A stretch of 64,000 nucleotides of DNA from contig JBOGWV010000177.1 in assembly GCA_050693975.1 (NCBI GenBank), forward strand, positions 624 through 64,623, in the 5' to 3' direction. The notes beneath the pieces were generated by a model. It had not been told where the DNA came from. It saw nothing but the letters and a program-made list of their open reading frames with translations, and made no database searches. Both the position numbers and the translations under genes were made by a program. Of this stretch, positions 18,799-25,719 are shown one piece after another. Origin of the DNA: Actinomycetota bacterium (GTDB taxonomy: Bacteria; Actinomycetota; CADDZG01; WHSQ01). Within the stretch, counting starts at the first letter, position 1. Every line of letters starts with the position of its first letter.

Positions 18799-19032
18799 AT
18801 GAACGAAGCCCCGGAGAACGCCCCGCAGACGGACTCAGAAGGCGCGCTGTCGCCGATGGGACGTTTCGTGACCGTGGCGGAAGTGGCAAAGCAGTTGCGG
18901 GTGTCGAACATGACGGTGTATCGCCTGATCAAAGCGGGCCAGATGAGGGCGGTTCGCGTCGGTCGGGGATACAGGTTGCGAGAAGACGACGTTCGCAAGT
19001 ACCTCCACCAACGCTACATGGACGCCGGCTGA
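18799..19032 (+). CDS. Small excisionase-family (MerR-like HTH_17) DNA-binding protein, Rv0500A-like
   Basis: VTVAEVAKQLRVSNMTVYRLIKAGQMRAVRVGRGYRL, ending ...YMDAG as in the mycobacterial orthologue as I recall it. An alternative TTG start lies at 18778. Confidence 0.75.
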   Translation: MNEAPENAPQTDSEGALSPMGRFVTVAEVAKQLRVSNMTVYRLIKAGQMRAVRVGRGYRLREDDVRKYLHQRYMDAG

Positions 19033-19152
19033 GGCGGCTTTCGCCGGCCCGTCGCTCGCAGCTTCCTTCCTCCGGCGAGACAGTCGATCGTTCGGGCGAC
19101 CGCCGCCCGGTGGTCGCTATGTCTGTCATTTACTTGAAGGGCTGATGAGGTT

Positions 19153-20055
19153 ATGGGGATGCAGGTCGCGCTCGACGAGGTGTACGAACGCCTCCTCGCC
19201 GATCCGGGCGTCGTATTTCTGCTCGGCGGCATAGACACCGGCAAGACGACGTTCGGAGTCGAGCTTGCCCGCCGTGCGAATGCCGCGGGAATCGAGACCG
19301 CGATCGTCGACGCCGACATCGGTCAATCCGTCGTGGGCCCCCCGACGACCATCGGCCTCAAGCTGTGCAAGGGGCTCTCGGACTACTCACTGGACGCGCT
19401 ACGGCACGCCGATGCGCTGAGCTTTGTCGGCTCGATTGCACCGCGAGGTCACATGCTGCCGCTGGTAACGGGCACGGCGAAGCTAACCCGGCGAGCCAAG
19501 GACGCGGGGGCTCGCATGGTCATCGTCGACACCACGGGATTCGTTTCCGGCCTCTCGGGCCAGGGCTTGAAGTATTACAAGATGGACGTACTCGCTCCCG
19601 ACTTCGTGGTCGGCTTCGAACGTGGTGGCGAGCTGGAACCCGTGGTCGGCATCGCGCAGCGATTCATACCCGCGGAGGTGATCGAGATCGAGGTTCCTGC
19701 GGAGGTCGTGGTGCGTAGCGTGGACGAGCGCATGACCTTTCGGGAGCAGCAGTTCGCGTCCTATTTTGCAGAACGTGCGTCGCGCTGGAGAGTCAAACCG
19801 ACGGTGTTCATGCCGACGCTTCCCCCGGAGTTCGATCTGGCTCTGCTGGACGCACTCGTCGTAGGAATGGAGGACGGCCAGGGCTCGTGCGTGGGGATCG
19901 GCGTGCTCGAATACGATGCCCTCGAGGACATCCTCCGCATGGTTTCCCCCGTGACGGAGGGGGTCAGGGGGCTCCGACTTGGGTCCATCCGGATCGATGC
20001 CCAGGGGCGCTCACGCGGCCCGGTCGATCTCAAACAGCTGTTTCAGACGGAGTAG
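19153..20055 (+). CDS. Clp1/Grc3-like P-loop protein (putative polynucleotide 5'-hydroxyl kinase)
   Basis: VFLLGGIDTGKTTFGVELA (Walker A), then AIVDADIGQS and IVDTTGF, which is the CLP1_P-type arrangement. Confidence 0.6.
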   Translation: MGMQVALDEVYERLLADPGVVFLLGGIDTGKTTFGVELARRANAAGIETAIVDADIGQSVVGPPTTIGLKLCKGLSDYSLDALRHADALSFVGSIAPRGHMLPLVTGTAKLTRRAKDAGARMVIVDTTGFVSGLSGQGLKYYKMDVLAPDFVVGFERGGELEPVVGIAQRFIPAEVIEIEVPAEVVVRSVDERMTFREQQFASYFAERASRWRVKPTVFMPTLPPEFDLALLDALVVGMEDGQGSCVGIGVLEYDALEDILRMVSPVTEGVRGLRLGSIRIDAQGRSRGPVDLKQLFQTE

Positions 20056-20088
20056 GGCCACTAAGAGCTTGGTGAGGAAAGGAACTAG

Positions 20089-20190
20089 ATGGGATCACTG
20101 GTCAAGAAGCGCCGTAAGAAGATGCGCAAGAAGAAACACCGCAAGATGCTGAAGAAGACCCGCTGGCAGCGCCGTCAGCAGGGCAAGTAA
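20089..20190 (+). CDS. 30S ribosomal protein bS22 (33 aa; Rv0500B-like)
   Basis: Absent from the ORF track because it is under 60 aa. Translation is MGSLVKKRRKKMRKKKHRKMLKKTRWQRRQQGK. GGTGAGGAAAGG lies upstream. It sits in the conserved position after the Rv0500A-like HTH gene. Confidence 0.8.
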   Translation: MGSLVKKRRKKMRKKKHRKMLKKTRWQRRQQGK

Positions 20191-20265
20191 CAGCTCCGTT
20201 CGCGGCACCGTCCGGGTGAGGCGATGAGCGCCCGGCGGCGATGGCCCGGCGAGTAACATCGCGTC

Positions 20266-21084
20266 ATGGCCAAGCGATCGATCGTCACGTTCCTGTCCGA
20301 CTACGGCCTTCAGGACGAGTTCGTGGGTGTGTGCCACGGAGTGATGCTCGGTATCAAGCCCGACCTTCGCATCATCGACATTCATCACAACATCCTGCGC
20401 CAGGACGTGCGCCATGGGGCGGTCGTGCTGCAGCAGTCGATCAAGTACATGCCGGAGGGCGTGCATCTGGCGGTCGTCGACCCCGCGGTCGGCTCGGACC
20501 GCCGGGCGATCGCAGTCGAGACCAGACACGGCCAGGTCTTCGTCGCTCCCGATAATGGGTTGATCGTCGCGGCCGCCAACGAGTGCGGAGGCATCAAGTC
20601 CGCCCGCGAGCTCACCAACCGCAGCCTAATGCTGAGCCCCATGTCCCAGACCTTTCATGGCCGCGACATGTTTGCTCCGGCTGCAGCGCACATCGCGAAC
20701 GGGGTCGCGCTTGAGGAGTTCGGCCCCGAGGTGCCGGTTGAGCGGGTGGTGGCGCTAGACATCCCCGAGGCCTGGTTGCACGACGATCATTTGCACGCCG
20801 AGGTCTTGCAACTCGATCGTTTCGGCAATCTCCAGCTGAACTGCAACTTCAAGGGGCTCGAACAGGTGGGGATGGCCGCGGGGCGAAGCATAGAGATACG
20901 TATGGAGGGCCACCGCTTGCATGTGCCCTATGGGATCTCGTTCGCGGACGTCGAGGCCGGCGAGTTCGTTCTAGTCGAGGACTCGTACGAGAAGTTGTCG
21001 CTGGCGGTGAACAAGGGTGATGCCGCCGCCCGCCTTCAGGCAGGCTCAGGGTCGACCATCATCGTCGGCCCCGCTGTCGGATAG
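20266..21084 (+). CDS. SAM hydroxide adenosyltransferase family protein (DUF62; fluorinase/chlorinase superfamily)
   Basis: VTFLSDYGLQDEFVGVCHGVM, AVVDPAVGSDRRAIAV, PDNGL and FHGRDMFAPAAAH are family signatures. Confidence 0.8.
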   Translation: MAKRSIVTFLSDYGLQDEFVGVCHGVMLGIKPDLRIIDIHHNILRQDVRHGAVVLQQSIKYMPEGVHLAVVDPAVGSDRRAIAVETRHGQVFVAPDNGLIVAAANECGGIKSARELTNRSLMLSPMSQTFHGRDMFAPAAAHIANGVALEEFGPEVPVERVVALDIPEAWLHDDHLHAEVLQLDRFGNLQLNCNFKGLEQVGMAAGRSIEIRMEGHRLHVPYGISFADVEAGEFVLVEDSYEKLSLAVNKGDAAARLQAGSGSTIIVGPAVG

Positions 21085-21102
21085 TCGGATCAAGGAGATT
21101 CC

Positions 21103-22146
21103 GTGACCGCGGGAAAGCGCATCCTCATCACCGGAGTGTCGAAGTATCTGGGCCTACGGCTCGCCAAGCGTTTCGAAAAGGACGATCGCGTCGAGGCCGT
21201 GATCGGCGTCGATCTCGACGAGCCCCCGTTTCCCATCGACAAGCTCGAGTTCGTTCGGGCGGACATTCGCAGCCCCTTGATCGCCCGCGTGCTCGAGTCG
21301 ACACGCGTCGACACGCTCGTTCATACGAATATCTTCTCGCGCCCGAGCAGGGTGGGAGGGCGCCTGCAGTTGAAGGAGAACAACGTCATCGGCACGCTCC
21401 AGCTGCTTGCTGGTGCGCAACGGGCCCAAAGGGTCGAGCGCGTGATCATGAAATCCTCCACCGCGGTCTACGGACTCGGGCCCAAGGAGCCCTCGATCGT
21501 CCGAGAAGATCACGACAACCGGCGAGCTCATCTGTTCGGATACGGAAAGGACTGCTCCGAGGCCGAGACCTACGTAAGGGATTTTGGCAGAAGGCGTTCC
21601 GATGTTGAGGTCATCATCCTGCGCACGCAGAGCCTCATTGGACCTGCCGTGCACACCAACATGACCGACTATCTCTCCCTTCCCTTTCTTCCGTCGGTGC
21701 TTGGCTACGATCCACGTTTGCAACTCGTTCACGAGGAGGATGCCGTTGAAGCGTTCGCGGCCGCCACGCTGGATGCCCCACGCGGGATCTACAACATCTC
21801 GGGCGAGGGGGTCGTCTATCTATCGAAAGCCGCGCGCATGCTCGGCAAACTCCAGATACCAATGCTCTATCCGGCCGGGCGGGCCGCCAGCGCGATGTTG
21901 CGGCGCATCGGCGCGGTCGATTTTCCCACCGACCAACTGGAGTTCCTCGTCTACGGGCGCGTGGTGGATTTCCGGCGCGCCACGGACAAGCTTGGGTTCA
22001 CCCCCCGCTACACGACCGAGGAGGCGATCGCGGACTTCCGAGACCACCGGGATGGAAGCCGTCCCCTGCCCGAGTCCCGGCCCACGTGGGAGAGCGATCT
22101 CATCGAGCTGCTGGAGCAGCGATCCAGCGCCGGGGAGACGGTGTAG
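21103..22146 (+). CDS. NAD-dependent epimerase/dehydratase family protein (GalE2/Rv0501-like)
   Basis: GTG start. ILITGVSKYLGLRLA Rossmann motif, extended-SDR fold length, and conserved synteny with the following acyltransferase. Confidence 0.8.
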   Translation: MTAGKRILITGVSKYLGLRLAKRFEKDDRVEAVIGVDLDEPPFPIDKLEFVRADIRSPLIARVLESTRVDTLVHTNIFSRPSRVGGRLQLKENNVIGTLQLLAGAQRAQRVERVIMKSSTAVYGLGPKEPSIVREDHDNRRAHLFGYGKDCSEAETYVRDFGRRRSDVEVIILRTQSLIGPAVHTNMTDYLSLPFLPSVLGYDPRLQLVHEEDAVEAFAAATLDAPRGIYNISGEGVVYLSKAARMLGKLQIPMLYPAGRAASAMLRRIGAVDFPTDQLEFLVYGRVVDFRRATDKLGFTPRYTTEEAIADFRDHRDGSRPLPESRPTWESDLIELLEQRSSAGETV

Positions 22147-23213
22147 TGACCGACGCCGAGATCATTCGCCTGGACTCTAGAACCCAGGGCCCATCCGAGC
22201 GGTCATCGCAGCGGTGCCTGGCCACAACCAACAGCGGACGGCCCTGCCGCAACCACGCGCTCGAAGGCGCCGATTACTGCCGGGTGCATCAGCGCGGGCG
22301 ACGGCCTCAGGGACCATCGCCCTCGTCGCGCGGGACGCAGGACGAAAACCGAGTCGCCGTCGCGAGCGCCCCGAGCAAGGACACGTCGCGATTGGACAGG
22401 GCGCGCGACTTCATGCGGCGCCGGCTCAGCGGCGACTATCCGATCGACGACTTCGGCTACGACGAGGAGTTGTCGCGCGAGGTGCTGCTCCCGCTCATCC
22501 GTCCCCTCTACGAGCAGTACTTCCGCGTCCGCACGCTGGGAGTCAATCGCATTCCCTCCACCGGCCCTGCGATTCTTGTGGGCAACCACTCGGGTTCGAT
22601 CCCCATCGACGCGGTCATGATGCAGTACGCGGTTGTCGCCGAGCATCCCGCTAAGAGGATCGTTCGCAATATCGGAGCCGACCTCGTATGGGCGTCTCCG
22701 CTCGTCAGTCACCTCGCACGCAAGACCGGCAACGCGGTGGCTTGCGACGAGGACGCGTTCGCGCTGCTCGAGCGCGAGCAACTCGTCGCGGTTTTTCCTG
22801 AGGGGTTCAAGGGCACGGGTAAGGGCTGGAGCGAGCGCTACCGCCTGCAGCGCTTCGGGCGAGGAGGCTTCATCGAGGTCGCCCTACGGGCCAAGGTGCC
22901 CATCATTCCCGTCGCGATCGTGGGGGCCGAGGAGGCCTTCCCGATGATCGCCAACGCGAAGTTGTTGGCCTCGCTGCTGCGCCTACCTTATTTGCCGATC
23001 ACACCGACCTTCCCCTTGCTCGGGCCCCTCGGGCTGCTGCCGCTACCGAGTCGCTGGGTCATCGAGTTCGGCGACCCGATCCCCATGGACGGCTATCCGG
23101 ACGACGCCGCCGACGACAAGATGTTCGTGTTCGATCTCACCGACTCGATCCGCGATCGCATCCAGCAAATGGTCTACAAGGGCCTCAGGTATAGAGGCAG
23201 CGCCTTTCTCTAG
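22146..23213 (+). CDS. Lysophospholipid (PlsC-family) acyltransferase with a Cys/His-rich N-terminal extension
   Basis: GTG start overlapping the preceding TAG by 1 nt. Acyltransferase motifs VGNHSGSIPID and FPEGFKGTG. The N-terminal segment CLATTNSGRPCRNHALEGADYCRVH is present. Confidence 0.8.
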   Translation: MTDAEIIRLDSRTQGPSERSSQRCLATTNSGRPCRNHALEGADYCRVHQRGRRPQGPSPSSRGTQDENRVAVASAPSKDTSRLDRARDFMRRRLSGDYPIDDFGYDEELSREVLLPLIRPLYEQYFRVRTLGVNRIPSTGPAILVGNHSGSIPIDAVMMQYAVVAEHPAKRIVRNIGADLVWASPLVSHLARKTGNAVACDEDAFALLEREQLVAVFPEGFKGTGKGWSERYRLQRFGRGGFIEVALRAKVPIIPVAIVGAEEAFPMIANAKLLASLLRLPYLPITPTFPLLGPLGLLPLPSRWVIEFGDPIPMDGYPDDAADDKMFVFDLTDSIRDRIQQMVYKGLRYRGSAFL

Positions 23214-23302
23214 AGCCCTTCCCGGTGTGGTGCTGGAACCCCGAACCTTCCGACGGTGTAGAGCGTCGTAGGAGAGGCGGACAAAACCACAGGGGGCTCA
23301 CC

Positions 23303-24580
23303 ATGAGATCAAGAGCAAAGCTGCTGTCGGCGGCGGTGGCAGCCGTCGCGCTGTTGGCGTCGTGCTCGTCGGGCACCGGAGAGCAGATGACCGAGGTGCG
23401 AAGGGCGTCGGGGGCGGTCGAAGATGCCCGGGATCTCCTGTTCACGGAGCAGGGAGTCGATCTCTCGGCCGTCGACGCGTCTACCGGCGAACAGGTATTC
23501 GATGCTTCGAGGGCGGTGACATCCCCCGACCACTCCAAGTTGTTCTCGGAGAAGCGGCGAACGGATCGAGCCTTCGTCTCGATGCTGGATTCGAGCACGG
23601 GCGCGCGCCTCGGTCGTATGCGTGTGGCAGAGCATCTCGAGCCCAGGGTCGCATCGACGAGCGGTGATCTGCTCGCCCTTGCCGAGCCGCATGAGGCAGG
23701 CGCGACCCCCTGGCTTCCCGCCGGGAGTCGTCGTACCGAGATCGCAGTGGTTTCGACTGGTAACGGTGCGACTCGCGCCTACAACCTGAAGGGCAACTTC
23801 GAGATCGAGGCGTTCTCGACGGATGACCGTCAGCTCTTCCTGCTCGAATACAGGCCCGCGCTCAACCCCACGCGCTACACGCTGCGACGCCTCAAGCTTG
23901 GGTCTGGCGATGTCATTCCCATCAAACGCTCGAAGCAGAACGCGCCGGGTTCAATGCTGGGGACCGGCAGGATCGCGCTCTTCTCTCCCAGCGGCCACGA
24001 GCTTTACACCCTCTATACGCAGCAGGGCCCGAACTACGCGCATGGTGACGACGGCACCCACAACCATGACGCGGGGGCGGTCCACGCGTTCGTTCATCTG
24101 CTGAATCTGGAGGGGGCCTGGACGCATTGCATCGACCTGCCTATGCCCTTTGGAACGGGAGCGGTAACGACCCACGCTCTTGCAATGACGGCCGACGGCA
24201 CTCGACTGTACGTGGCCGATCCCTCCTCGGGAGGAGTCGCGGTAATCGATCCCAATCGAGCGAAGGTGCTCGAGTCAGTGACTATGGATCTCGACGCACT
24301 CACCAAAGGCGATGCGTCTGCGCAGGTTGGCTCCGATGGAACGCTGTATTTGGCGGGAGGATCTCACGTCCTCGCACTTGACGGCCGCACGCTCGAGCCG
24401 GTGCAGCGCTGGGAAATGAGCGAGCGGGTGTCCGGTCTGGCGGTCAGCTCGGACGGTGCTCGTCTCTACCTGGCGGTTCGTAACCGAGTGAACGTGGTCG
24501 ACTCGACCACCGGCCACCGCATCGACGTGATACGAGCACGCGGCATCACCGGCATCAGCCACCTAAGCCCAACCAACTAG
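23303..24580 (+). CDS. Lipoprotein with a predicted beta-propeller (YncE/YVTN-like) fold
   Basis: Start at MRSRAKLLSAAVAAVALLASCSSG, with lipobox LLAS-C. Recurring DG.RLYVA / DG.LYLA / DGARLYLAV strands are typical of propeller blades. Confidence 0.65.
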   Translation: MRSRAKLLSAAVAAVALLASCSSGTGEQMTEVRRASGAVEDARDLLFTEQGVDLSAVDASTGEQVFDASRAVTSPDHSKLFSEKRRTDRAFVSMLDSSTGARLGRMRVAEHLEPRVASTSGDLLALAEPHEAGATPWLPAGSRRTEIAVVSTGNGATRAYNLKGNFEIEAFSTDDRQLFLLEYRPALNPTRYTLRRLKLGSGDVIPIKRSKQNAPGSMLGTGRIALFSPSGHELYTLYTQQGPNYAHGDDGTHNHDAGAVHAFVHLLNLEGAWTHCIDLPMPFGTGAVTTHALAMTADGTRLYVADPSSGGVAVIDPNRAKVLESVTMDLDALTKGDASAQVGSDGTLYLAGGSHVLALDGRTLEPVQRWEMSERVSGLAVSSDGARLYLAVRNRVNVVDSTTGHRIDVIRARGITGISHLSPTN

Positions 24581-24657
24581 CCCCACAAGTTTGGCGATCT
24601 GCGACAAGGGCGTTAGTGAGCGACGGTGGTGTCGCAAATCGGCTAGTTGGGGGTCAG

Positions 24658-24759
24658 TCAGCCTCCGGTCAGGCTCCAGACGCGCATGACGCTCAGGGTG
24701 CCGGCGACGGCGATCGCCACCAGCAGCAGCACGATTGCGTAGAGGGTGTTTCTTCTCAT
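24658..24759 (-). CDS. Possible 33-aa single-TM micropeptide, translationally coupled (ATGA) to the upstream zinc-ribbon gene
   Basis: Translation MRRNTLYAIVLLLVAIAVAGTLSVMRVWSLTGG. The ATG at 24759 overlaps the TGA at 24758-24756 of the preceding CDS. Confidence 0.3.
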   Translation of the reverse strand: MRRNTLYAIVLLLVAIAVAGTLSVMRVWSLTGG

Positions 24760-24920
24760 GGGTTCGAGGATACGGCGCCCGGAGCCTCGCCCTCGTCCAC
24801 TCCCTTGAAGCGCACCTCGAACCGCCGGCCGCACGACTCGCAGTAATAGTCGCGGCCCTCGCCGACCGGCTCGATGGACTGTTCGGCGCAATAGGGACAG
24901 TAGAAGGGCACCGCTCGCAT
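24756..24920 (-). CDS. Small zinc-ribbon protein (54 aa), downstream of cysH
   Basis: Translation MRAVPFYCPYCAEQSIEPVGEGRDYYCESCGRRFEVRF..., giving CxxC-x15-CxxC. It starts 22 nt after the cysH stop on the same strand. Confidence 0.5.
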   Translation of the reverse strand: MRAVPFYCPYCAEQSIEPVGEGRDYYCESCGRRFEVRFKGVDEGEAPGAVSSNP

Positions 24921-24942
24921 GCTCAGGCTCGTCGCTCTTTCG

Positions 24943-25719
24943 TTACTGCTCGGCTTCGCTCTCGCGCGAGCGTCCGAAGCTGTGGATGCCACACTCGGTC
25001 TTGTCGAAGCCTTCCCATCGTCCCGAACGGTCGTCGCCATTGCTCGATCCGGTCGGCTTGGTGCAGGGCCAGCAACCAATCGACGAGTAGCCGAGCTCCA
25101 ACAGCGGATGAGTGGGGATTTCGAATTCCCTTTGGTAGGCCTCAACGTCGTCGCGCGTCCAGCCCGCAAGTGGGTGAATCTTGAGAATCTCATCGCCTGC
25201 GGCGAGCATCTGAGCCTCGACGATCGGAGTCGTTGAGCGTAGCGGGGACTGGTCTCGTCGGAGTCCCGAGATCCACCCCTCGTAGTCCTTGAGGGCGCGC
25301 TGGAGCGGCTCGACCTTATTGATGAAGCAGCACTTGTCCGGGTCGCGCCGGAACAGCTCGGGTCCGTGGCGTTGGTTCTGCTCGTCGACTGTCCCGTGCT
25401 CGCCGTGGAGCTCGACGAGGTTGAGGTCCCACATACTGGTCATGCGCTCCTTGAACGCGAGGGTTTCGTCGAAGTGGAAGCCGGTGTCCAGAAATAGCAC
25501 CGGAAGGCCCGGCCTGATCGACTGGAGCATATGAAGGATGACGAGACCCGAGGACTGGAAGGAGGTCGCAACCGCAAGTCGTTCGATGCTCTCGGCTGCC
25601 CATCTCAGAATCTCGCGGGGATGAGCGCGCTCGAGTAGCTCGTAGCTGATGTCGGGCGATGCGAAGGCGGAGTGCTCCCGGTCCGACCATTGAACTGACG
25701 CGTTTCTTCCTACTGTCAT
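24943..25719 (-). CDS. cysH: Adenylyl-sulfate / phosphoadenylyl-sulfate reductase (thioredoxin-dependent; Fe-S type)
   Basis: PAPS_reduct fold. The Cys pair DKCCFINKV plus GCWPCT marks the [4Fe-4S] APS-reductase subclass, and the C-terminal ECGIH motif is present. Confidence 0.9.
   Translation of the reverse strand: MTVGRNASVQWSDREHSAFASPDISYELLERAHPREILRWAAESIERLAVATSFQSSGLVILHMLQSIRPGLPVLFLDTGFHFDETLAFKERMTSMWDLNLVELHGEHGTVDEQNQRHGPELFRRDPDKCCFINKVEPLQRALKDYEGWISGLRRDQSPLRSTTPIVEAQMLAAGDEILKIHPLAGWTRDDVEAYQREFEIPTHPLLELGYSSIGCWPCTKPTGSSNGDDRSGRWEGFDKTECGIHSFGRSRESEAEQ

Noticed and set aside
18815-18845. Partial similarity of CCGCAGACGGACTCAGAAGG in the small HTH gene to the dispersed repeat (CCGCAGA...)
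   Set aside because: Only about 13 nt match and the diagnostic GGGGCGGGCTCGGCCG part is missing. This is compatible with chance in G+C-rich coding sequence.
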